Below, piece after piece: positions 24,298-36,200 of a stretch of DNA of 64,000 bases. Within the stretch, counting starts at the first letter, position 1; every line of letters begins with the position of its first letter. This DNA is from Cycas panzhihuaensis (lineage: Eukaryota; Plantae; Cycadophyta): contig CM041465.1 in NCBI GenBank assembly GCA_023213395.1, positions 201,693,741-201,757,740 of the forward strand. Direction: 5' to 3'. Made by a program: the position numbers and the translations under genes. The notes under the pieces are model-generated. The model was not told the origin of the DNA. It saw only the letters and a program-made list of their open reading frames with translations, and searched no databases.

Positions 24298-25246
24298 CTT
24301 CAATCAATGAAGGTACATAATAATAATAATAATAATAATGGGAGATAAATGTTGAGTGAATTTATTGTCATGTTTTACCTAGATGCATGTTTTTGTTTTT
24401 TTTGAGTAAGTGTCAAGAATTACAAGTTTAAATGAGCCTTGGAGAGTAGTCAAACAAACAAAATAGTTTTTAACAAAGGGAACATAGCATTATGGAAAAC
24501 ACAAAAATCAAAGATAATGAAAGGAGAAAAGCACATATGGCAAGCATGGCCAAAACTTATTTCAATTATTTCATCCAATGCAAATATCACATATAGTTCA
24601 TCTAATGCAAACATCAAAATTTCATGCATGAAAAATGTAATAAATAATCAATCTTATAAGTTGAATATTACGTATAAATTGATAATTGAGGATCTACTAG
24701 GTAAGCTATTTCAATGCCCACTTGGAAAAGTTATTTTCTTTTTTTCTAAATCATCGTCTTAGATCAATGGGAGTTTATAATTTCAATCAATGAAGGTATA
24801 TAATAATAATAATGGGAGAGATGAATGTTGAGTGAATTTATTGCCTAGATGCATGTTTTTGAATGAGTGCCAAGAATTACAGGTTAAAATGAGCCTTAAT
24901 GAGCCTTAGAGAGTAGTCAAACAAACAAAATAGTCTTTAACAAAGGGAACATAGCATTATGGAAAACACAAAAATCAAAGATAATGAAAGGAGAAAAATA
25001 CATATGGCAAGCATGGCGAAAACTTATTTCAATTATTTTATCCAATGCAAACATCAAATATAGTTCATCTAATGCAAACATCAAAATTTCATACATGAGT
25101 AATGTAATGAATAATCAATTTTATAAGTTGAATATTATATATAGATTGATAATAGAGGATCTACTAGGTAAGTTATTTCAATGCCCTTTTGGGAAAGCTA
25201 TTTCAATTTTTTCTAAATCATTGTCTTAGTTCAATGGGAGTTTATA
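24298..25246 (+). repeat. ~480-bp tandem duplication (2 diverged copies)
   Basis: Units begin 'ttcaatcaatgaaggta' at ~24299 and ~24782 and end 'tcaatgggagtttata'. This explains the twin ORFs at 24439 and 24984. Confidence 0.92.
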
Positions 25247-28200
25247 TGTGGTTGGTTTTTAATTTTTTAAATAATTAGAGACTCATTTTTGTTAATTAAT
25301 GGGTTGAAAAGATTGGTTGTTCTTTTCTTGTGTGTGATTCAAACTTTTTAAAATAAATTTATTTATTGTATTTGAAATAGGTTTTGATCTTCTCAACAAA
25401 AGATGGAATTCAATTCTTTTTAGATCAAATGCCGTGAATCCTCCTTCCATTCTTTTTGCACTATTAACTACTTGTATGATTTTCTTGATAGTCATTTTAT
25501 ATTTATGCATCACATTTTTTTTTGATTTTTTTTTGACATTTTAATTTATGGATATGGAGCCTAGAAAGGTTTGACAATGTAATTTGTTAAGTAACGATAA
25601 TAGTTGTATAATTATAATTGTTATCATTGTATGGTTACATTTATTTTATTTTTTATTTTTTTGAAATTATTATATTTTATTTTTATGAGAGGGCCTTAAG
25701 TATGGATTCCTCAACGGATGTTAACCTTATGGCCATATTTTCATATTTTGTTATCTCTTTTTTTTTCTTTTCTTAATTCTTTTTTTAAATATGGGAGTGT
25801 TTTGAGTGTGGATTCTTTGTGAGGTTTGTTGAAGGCATTTATTGTTATAATTATTTATTTTTAGAATCATAATTTATTTTACTATTAGTCCTTTTTTCTT
25901 TTGTAACCATATTATTAAAGGCCATATGGACTTTTGCCCATCAAAATAGATAGAGACATTGAATAAGATTTACATAATGATGTAACAAAAACCATAGTCA
26001 TTTTAGTAAAAAATGTTTGAACAAGTTTTTATTTTAAAGATAATGTAAGTATTAAAGCATAGATGATGAACATTGTTAAAAGTTGAACACTTATTAGATC
26101 ATTGACATGAATGATGGAATATCATGCAAGATTGACATGATTAATAGTTAATGTTATTGCTTATAGCATTTATGCTAGCTTTTTATAGTTGATAATTTAA
26201 GATTCTCTTATTATCATTGTGAGCTATTGGCAATGCTTTAAAGAAAATGTGAAGTTGTCTATATCTTAATAATCATGTAGATGAATTAAGAGAAAGTAGT
26301 TGATATATTACTCTTCATCAATGTTTAAGTTTCTTGTCTATTTGTCTTTCAGGTTTTCGTATCCCTTTGTATTTGATTTTTAATATAATTTAAACTTATA
26401 TATAACTTTATATTATGTTTTCATAATTGATATAAGTTAATGTACGTGTCATCCAAATAGGTAGATATTTAATACAATCACTTCAAGGCTAGAAGTTAGC
26501 AAGAGAAGTCTACACAATGATATAGTTTTAAAATGGACATAAATATTATAATAAGGTCAATAAAACAAGTAGATTTAATTGATAGACATTGATTATGATT
26601 TGCACGCCACTGGAAGGAGATAAGCATATTCCCTTTTGTCTTTTCTAATCAAAGGTCAAAAGAATGCATTTACGCCACAACCTCCATCACTTGATAAATT
26701 ACTCTTCACAAGGTAAGTGTTATAAACCAATGCTCATGCTTTTAGGATAAATTAATGAGTATAGACAAAACATCAAGGTCTCTAATCATCTAAGTATCAA
26801 TCATGGATTAATAAAAATGAATGATAATTGTTGCAATGTCAATGTATATGTTTATATGTATTTTAATATTTTCTAAAGAAAACATGATTTTTTTAATATG
26901 CTTTCTAATCTTCATTTAATTATAAATTAAATTCATAATAATTTTTTTTTTAAGTCGATGGATATATTAGTTCATGGTGTTGTAATCAATGTAATAATTG
27001 ATTTGGATAAGTGGTTGTATATTCATTGTCTTGTTCTTTGTCATTTGATATTTGTTATATATTTTAAAGCATTTAATGTATGTTGTGTATATTAAACCAT
27101 TCATAATCTTAATATGGTATCAGAGTTTTGAGGAGTTTTGAGGGGTTACATAACTAAGGCACCAAATTGAGAGGAGCTTGTTAAAGTTTGTGGTTATCTT
27201 TTGATTAAGGTGAGAGTCCTCTTTTAAGGATTTCAATTGTTTTTACAACAAAAAAGAAAAGGTTGTATTGGACATTTTAGGTATTGAAAACATGAAAATC
27301 ACATATCAATATTATATTTTGGAACTTAAATTGATAAAGTATTTCAGACTCTATTCAGAATGTGTTAGGTTATTTTGGAGAATTTTAATGTTAATTTGGG
27401 CTCATGTTACAATAATGTAGGTTAGTTGGGCGCATTAGGCACTTCTTAATGCCATTGGACACAAGATTGGGGTTGTTAGACATCATTGGGCATGCTTTTT
27501 ATTAAAATTTGATTGTTGGAAGGCATTTGGCACTTGATTTGTGAACCCATTAATTATTTGAGTTTATATCTAAGGTTTGTGATCATTGTGAAATGTGTTT
27601 GAAGGTTTCCAAGCCTAAAAAAAAAAGGTTTGAGAGGGAGAGTGAAGATGAATTTTAATCATATAAAGAGGTAGTTTGGGGTTTGAATTTGTGAGAGCAT
27701 TGTGTTAAATCATGATCATTGGAAATCCTTTTTTTTTTTTAATAAGAAAGGTGTATAGCATATTTATTGCAGTAATAAAGTGAATAGAATTGAACTTTAA
27801 TCACATCAAGTGTGATTCAAATTGAGTATTATAGGTGTGAGAGGTTGTTGACCAAGTAGCAGATTTAGAGTGATGGCATACCATATAAGGTTGCAATGTG
27901 CAACATTAAAATTATTCATATTCCTATCTTCTAAGTTAAGATTTATGACATATAAAAATATAAATTATTATCATAATAATTATAAAAATCATTTCTTTTA
28001 CTCTGGGGCAATGATAGACTCCAATGATAGACTCCACGAAGCAATGATGACAGTTAGGATTTCAAATTCAAGTAAAAGGCAAAAGACTTCGTTTTTCGAA
28101 ATCATCTCTCACATTTATTTTTTTAGGTCATTTTTGTCATTTGAAGATATTTTAGAGGGCTTGTTGAAGTGTCTTAGTAGCCTATTTGTAGTTAGCGTGA

Positions 28201-30190
28201 AAACACTAAACTTTAAACTTGTGCAAATCTAGTGGTGGTGAAGATATACATTCATAACCATTAAAATATTATATTTTTTTGGCAAATTGTTTGTAAAAGA
28301 TTGCAAAGTATATAGCATGTTGTCTAATTAACTAAACATCAAGTAATTTGATGTAAAGACTTATTTGCAAGTGTTGTTTCTCACAATGGAGGAAAAGATG
28401 CCCCAAGTTATATTTAGTTAAAACAACTTCAATGAGTGGAAGGCAAGCATGGAGTTTAGTATTAATGGTGAATTAATTGTGAATGATGTTGATGGTGAAT
28501 CTATTATGGATAATGACTAAAGACGGGTTGTTGGCTACTCTATTGGATGAGAAGGATAAAACTTGTTTGGAGTAATTTATGGTTGTGGGGCTATTGAAGT
28601 TGTCTTTGTTCTAAACCATAAAACCTCAATCCATAACTTCAGAAATTTGAACTAAATTGTGTTAATACATTTGAAAAGAAAAAAAGATAGAACATTATGT
28701 TTGGTGGATGTAATATTTAATTACATCATATGTTATTCTTAAACCTTTTAGCACTTTTAATATTTTGTGAATATTATATTATGGTCATTTTAATAAGTGT
28801 GTCACTTGAGAAGTATGTGGGAACACAAAGGTTGACTTAGAAAGTTCTTCATATGAGGTGAAAGATTCTTTAAATATATATTCGATTATTTTAATGATCT
28901 TGAGTTTGGTTATTTTTTCACTTATCTATTGTGTATATGTTTATTTATATTTCATCCATCTTGTATTTATTTGTCCATTTTACAATCATTTTTTCCATAT
29001 ATGTTGGATCAATTCTTCATTGTTCATAGCTTCTACATCATTCTCCCAAGATGGTGGTATCAATGCATTAGGTTTAAAGTTAATATTATGGTATTAAAGT
29101 TGAGGTTTTGTTACAAACCACCTTAAAGAAATAATTAACTAATTATTATGAAGGGTTTCATCAAATAGTTGCATCTATCCATAAAATAACCCTATTTTAT
29201 GCATATAAATATGCATCTAATAAATATTGTGATTCATTCTATGCATTTACCCTCCAACCATTTCTCTATTTCTCTTTATCCTCCACCTTCATGTACGTGT
29301 TAAAGTTATGTGCACATTTGCATAAAGCTCTGATAAAAAATTACCCCATGATATCTATCAATAGGGTGTCTACTAGGAAGTGGTAGTACCTCCTTGGTAT
29401 AGGTCATTAGAGTTTAAGGGAGTTAGCTAAGTGCTTCCCCTCCATAGTGTTCTATTAATTGGTCCTCTCTTATATATTGATGAACAAAGGCATTTGGTAT
29501 TAATGAATGGAGCCCTAATGGGAGTATTATTGTAGTGTTATCTAGTGCCTAGTATTTATAAATGTTAGAAGTGAAGGAGACATCATGAATAACAGGGATG
29601 GAGAGAGCATTGTTTAGTATTGCATTGTGAGCCACAGTGCACAGAGTTGAGTCGATCATCATTCATTTACGTTAGGAATATGGTATTTGCATTTGTTTAG
29701 CTAGTATCTATGAGAGGCCATAATCAAGTTTGGAAAGTTTATTTGAATTAGGAGTTATGTCGTAACACTTTACGTTTGCATAATTGAGATCACGACATCT
29801 GTAAGTTTGAATCCTTTACAAGTGTATATTCATCGAGCTATGTACATTGTTTGCCATTGTACATATACATATATACGTTATTGACCTCGGTGAGTTTTTG
29901 GAAACTACAAAAGAATAATATACACGGTTAGATAAAAAAGCAAAAAAATGAAAAAAACGTAGATGTGCTATTGATAACAGATGCAATTGAGTTATTGAAA
30001 TAATACACACAACTCTATATTGAATTGGCGAAATGTATAAAATATAATACACGCAAGGTTGCTATATTGATTGGTGAAATTGGTAGATATCGGGTCTTGC
30101 TATATTAACTGGCGAAATTGAATATATTGATGACTTGAGTGTTAAACCATCATCAAACTAATCGAAAGTAATATATACATCTAGATGTAA

Positions 30191-30305
30191 AGCAAAGGTA
30201 GTTGGGAAAACAATCTCCATAACAATCCAAGCCGCAGTAAAACTACCAGCAAAGGTAGTTGGGAAAACAATCTCCATAACAATCCAAGCCGCAGTCAAAC
30301 TACCA
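30191..30305 (+). repeat. 57-bp near-perfect tandem duplication
   Basis: 'agcaaaggtagttgggaaaacaatctccataacaatccaagccgcagt(a/c)aaactacc' occurs twice with one mismatch. Confidence 0.95.
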
Positions 30306-31429
30306 TATTGAATTATTGCATTGTATATACATTAACAAATTAACAAGTAATGTTAGCATGTCTCGCCTACCATCACAATCAAATAGGCAATATATTAACC
30401 AATAGCTCAGGTGTTATATTGACCTCATCAATTTCATATACACTAAGCAAGGATACCTAAGTTCGCACTGAATTATCTATTAGACAATTACAAAAATTAG
30501 ATATAATTCCAAGACGTCATCAGCAATAAGCCATTGTATACATATATACATTTTATTGACTATCAAATCAAGCATCATATATAACTACCTTCACGTCAAG
30601 TTAACTCGACTATTAGACATTGTTGAAAATCCTATATACACACCTATATAGATATATTTGTATAAAGGTACCTAAGCTAGAAACATAGTTTTGTGCCTAT
30701 CTCTACACCCAATGTAAAATAGATATATTCTTGCATAGGTATATTGATACAAAAGTGCCTGCCTCCATATATAAAAAGATAATCTACATAAGAAAATCAT
30801 AGTCATCAAGGCACTATTATTAGTAAAATATTTGGTAGACAAAGCATTACTAGTAGACCTTGTGTTGGACAAATCGTAGGTGACAAAGCATTATCGTTGT
30901 ATGTTAAAGTGTTTTGGCATATCTTAACAATTACTATTGATTTAAAGAATAAGGTGTATAGAGGTGGTGATCAAGCATATGTATATGCTCTATAGATGTA
31001 ATATATTTACCAAATGTATGCACATTCTTTGAGCCCCCTGATATGTTTACCAGGGCGTACATATTATAAATGTTTGTTAGTGGCAATTTTTTATTTTTTT
31101 GAGTAATCATGACAATGTGACATTTTTTCAATAAAGGCCACTGGTGTATCCACTGACTTACATTACATAACAAAAAAGGACGTTCATTTAGTCTCATATA
31201 ATATAGATATATCTTATCATCTATCATTCTCCAAATCAAATTCTTCTATGTCAATGTCATCTTTGCACCCACGCATATAAGAACTAGAAGAAGAATCTAT
31301 TTGCCATTGATAAAGAGTGTAGTCAAACAAATTTTGGGTATTATAAAGAGAATATTATTACCACATCATATATAGTTATGCTAAATCGATTAAACTCTAC
31401 ATCTATCGATAATTAAAGCAAGGCAAGAA

Positions 31430-32045
31430 ATGGGAGCATTATTCTAAGGAATAAGATTTACACTAGTAGGGTTTGACCATGCAACATAGAATGAATATAT
31501 AATAGAGTTTAAGTACAATGGGGCATTTGACGTGGGATGATATAATATGAGTTGTACTTGTGTCATTGTTTACTAGCTTACATATAATGATCCCATTTGT
31601 GTTATGGCTAAGAAGGATGGGAAGGTGTTGGTTACACACTTATGGGTTGCAGATAATTTGGTTAGGGGAATGGTTGCAAATACTAATAAAATTTTATACA
31701 AACCTGTAAGGGATATGATTGGCATTCTAGATAGTGCATCATTATGTATTTTCTTGATAAGGTATCAAGGTCAAGATAATTGTGATATTATGAGAATGGT
31801 TGAAACAATTGGCGCACAATTTACAAAGTTATTGATTGCAAGTAAAATAACACACCTCATTTGTTATAAGTATAAAAGGGACGAGTACAGAGTTTTTAAA
31901 CAAATAGGAGTAAAGCTTGTTAATCATTATTGGCTTGAAGACTATTTGAAGGTTTGGGCATTACTTCCTAAAGAGAATTACCAAAAAAAATTAATGAAAA
32001 GTGGAGCTTCTGAAGGTAAAGGCCAATGATTCAGAGGATGTTTGA
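31430..32045 (+). pseudogene. Intronless pseudogene fragment of a tandem-BRCT protein (At4g02110-like N-terminus)
   Basis: 'F*GIRFTLVGFD...FDVG*YNMSCTCVIV..LTYNDPICVMAKKDGKVLVTHLWV...ILYKPVRD..GI...YQGQD..DIMRMVE...THLICYKY...KLVNHYWLEDYLKVWALLP'. Contains stops and a frameshift. Confidence 0.88.
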
Positions 32046-33293
32046 GATAGTAGAAGTTGTCTGTCTTTGTTGTCAACACACAATCAAGTCTCATATAGTT
32101 GTCTACATCTGTTGTCAACACAATCAAATCACATATAATTATTCTACTAGTTTATATGGATATCTTGTTATACCAAATTCTAAACCCCTATCTTGTCTTA
32201 TGTTAGATAAGTTCATTTTTACAAATAAGGAATTCTTAAGGATTAAATTTTCATCCAAAGAATATAGAGAAATAAAAGCTTATGAAAAACATAAAAAAAG
32301 GTTTTCAGATATAGAGAGTGGAGGTAAATGTAGAGAATCTTTTCCTACATTAGTAAACCTCAATGATGCTTATTTGTTAGCATTAGACAAAAATTAAAGG
32401 AGTAAGTAAGAAGATTTGAAGAATTACATAAAAAAAAATCATGAGAAACATATGGATAAATATGTCGATAATGTAGATGAGGATGGTACATCAATGCTAA
32501 AATCCAATAAGAAATAAAATCATTCAATACCAAAAGAAAAAGGGCATGTAAACCAAATCATAATCCCAACACATAATTTGAGTATGCAAAAAGAAGAAAA
32601 TAATACATAATAAGAAAATAAGGATGAACCATTCATAGCTAACAAGGACAAAAATTTAGTGTTATTCTCAAAAGAATATATTAAGTATATGCCAAAAAAG
32701 TTGATATTACTAGTGATGACATCTATATTCCCTGATCAATTTGAGAAAAATCAACCAATGCCAATAATATCTCTTGATCAATCTAAACAAAAGTTACTAA
32801 TATTAATAATAACTAATTTATCTCCTAATCAAGTAGATAATGTGAATCAAATATTTACATCGTGTATACTGAAGGATTTGCCATTATTAATAATAATTAT
32901 TTTGCCTCCTAATAAGTCTTGAAAAGATCTCAAGTATTGGTATAAAATCATATATTCTAAGACAATACTACATCTATCAATAGATTGAAGCCAATATCAA
33001 ATGGAAGATTCTTTAGCACCAACCTTTAACCTATAAGAAAAGGTATACAGAAATTCAACATTTTTATAGTCAACATATATCAAAGAATTCAAATTAGTCT
33101 ACAATCGCATCAACTTATTCAAGCTTGCTATTGTATTCGTATTTGTTATTGTTTAAAGTTTCAATAATTACAACCCAATAATACACACCTAATGATTATT
33201 ATATCTTTTTATTAGCAAGAGGCAACATTGGACTAATCGTTATCTCAATTATGTTTCAAGAACAAAATATTTCAAGAAAGGGGTCTTGTTATG

Positions 33294-36200
33294 TGTTGTC
33301 ACAAGAGAGCAGAGCGGGTTAGGATGCCATTGTGCGCATATCAACAACTTTCTAAAAATAATTGAAGGCAGTGTTAAAAAACACCTATAGTGCATGGCAT
33401 CCCTTTAAATAGATTTTGGAGAGGCACCTAAGCACCTCAACCCTCCCTGTAGGTTAGTCAACAATATTCAAAAATAATATTAAAATAAATTAAAATAACA
33501 CAAATATACCTGATATATCAGCTAAGGACGATAATAGGCTGCTCTAGGTTCCCTAGGGAGACCCAAAGGTGGCTTTGAGGGGCCCTGGGCACACGTACCC
33601 TTAGGCCATTGGGGGGTTATCCCAACATTCTCCCCTATAATCCCCAATGTACGCAACTCCTAAATTTTCTCTAAATTTCTAGAATTTAATCTTGCCCAAT
33701 GCTTTTGTGAAAATATCTATTGTCTGGTCCTTCGTACTGCAATACTTTAACTTGATTTGTCCTTCTTGTGCTAACTCTCGAATAAAATGATATCTCAATA
33801 TGCTTGATTCTATTATGGAAAACTGGATTCTTTGTCATTTGTATGGTGCTTTGATTATCGTACCATATTTGGGTTGGCCCTTGCTGTTCCATTTTAAGAT
33901 CTTAAAGTAATTGATGCAACCAAACTGTTTCACAAGCCACAAACATTGTTGCTTTATATTTCGCCTCTGCTGTTGATAAGGAAACTGTATTCTATTTCTT
34001 TGAGCTCCATGCCATAGCTACTGAACCCATGCTGAAAGTGTATCTTGATGTAGATTTCCTGTCATCTATATCATTAGACCAATCTGAATCTATATGTCCT
34101 GTTAATCTGAAGTTTAGAGTAGACCTGTAATATAATACAAAATATGTCATGCCTTTGAGATACCATAGAATTCTTTTTGTAGCTTGCTAGTGTGTAGTCT
34201 TTGGATCATGCATAAATTGGGACACCATGCTAACGGGATGTATGATATCAGGTCGTATAGATGTCAAGTAAATTAGGTTGCCAATTAATTGTCTATATAG
34301 AGTTGGATCCATAGGAGCAGATTCATCATGCTTTAAAAGTTTAATTCCAGCTTCTGTAAGAGTAGTTAAAGATTTACATTCACTCATCTTGAACCTTTGA
34401 AGTAAGTCCAAGGTATATTTTATTTGAGAGATAATAATGCTGCCATCATCTTGCCATACTTCTATTCCAAGGAAATAATGCATTAATCCCAAATCAATCA
34501 TTTCGAATTCTCTACACATATCTTCTTTGAATTGATATGAGAGTTGTGGATCATTTCCAGTGTATACAAGATCAACAACATATAAACCCACAATTATGAT
34601 TGATTTTCCTTCGATCTTGGTGTATAAATTTGGGTCTGATTGAGATATTTTGAAACCTTGATCCTTGAAATATTTATCAATTCGGGCATACCACGTCCTA
34701 GGCACTTGTTTAAGTCCATAAAGTGCTTTCTTGAATTTATACACTTTGTTTTCTTCTCCCTTGACTTCAAAACTGAGGGGTTGAGAGACATAGATGTCAT
34801 CTTCGATGTAACCATTAAGGAAATCACTTTTGACATCCATTTGATGAACGTCCCATTTCATTTGAGCAGCCAAATTAATAATCATCATAACTGTTTCCAT
34901 TCTAGAAACTAGAGCAAAGGTCTCATTATAGTCAATTCCTTCCTTTTGAGAGTATCCTTTTGTAACAAGGTGAGATTTATATTTGTCAATAGAGCCATCA
35001 GATCTGAATTTTATTTTGTATATCCACTTGGTCCTAATAGGCTTTTTGTTGGGAGGTAAATCAACCAATTTCCAAGTGTCCTTTTTTACAATGGAGTTGT
35101 ATTCTTCCTCCATGACTTTCCTTAAACTAGCATCAGAATTAGCCTCATTGAAGTTTTGAGGCTCATGTGTCTCCATAACACGAGTCATAAGGGCATAGTT
35201 TACCCTATGAGATCGAGTTGATCTTCTGTTGTAATCATGGTCCAATATGTTATCCATAGAATGATATCTTTGGGTCCATTTAGGAATTATTCATGGTGGA
35301 GGTTGAGAGGTTTCCTCTCCAAAAAACTTTTGTGGTGGAGCTTGAGAAGAAGTTCCCTCCCTACTTTCAACATCAATGGTCCTTCAATAGAGTTGTCAAG
35401 GTGGCACATACGTGGACCTAGGACTAGAATCAAAATTTATTGTCACATTCTTTCCTTTTTCTTGATGATGATCAGCATAATAGGAATCATTTTCTTGAAA
35501 GATAATATCTCTACTCAGGAATGTGAGTATATATGCTATGTAACCAAAAACTTTCAAGTGATAGATGCTAGGTTTATATCTCGTCTATGCTTCTTCTAGA
35601 GTTTTCCATCAAAGTGCTTTTGTGGTACTTCTGTTAATTAGATATACAACAGTATGTACTACTTCGGCCCAAAATTGATTTCTAAGACTTTTATCTTTCA
35701 TCATGCACCTTGCCATTTCAACTATGGTGTGATTTTTCCTTTTTGCTACACCATTTTGTTGAGGGGTGTAGAGATTAGTTAACTAATGCTTGATTCCATG
35801 ATGAATACAATAGGCATTGAATTGATTTGAAATAAATTCTCCTCAATTCTCTGATCTTAGGTAGAGAATTTTATGTCCACTTTGTCTTTCCACATAGGTT
35901 TTGAAGTCAACAAAGTACCAAAACACGTCAGATTTGAATTTCATGAAGAAAATCCATGTTTTCCTTGTATAATCATCAATGAAAGTAATAAAGTATTTGG
36001 CTCCTCCTAAAGATGGAGTTTTTATGGGACCACAAATATCAGTATTTACCAATTGAAGAGGACCTTTTGCTCTATAAGTAAAATCTGGAAAACTTTTCCT
36101 ATGTTGTTTTCTAAGTAAACATCCTTCACAAATATCTTTATCTGTTTCTATGGTAGGCAATCCATCAATCATCTCCATCCTTTTTATTAAGGTCAAACTA

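Noticed and set aside
24439-25229. Two similar ORFs suggesting a small gene pair
   Set aside because: They are products of the 480-bp tandem duplication, with AT-biased low-complexity translations and no domain.
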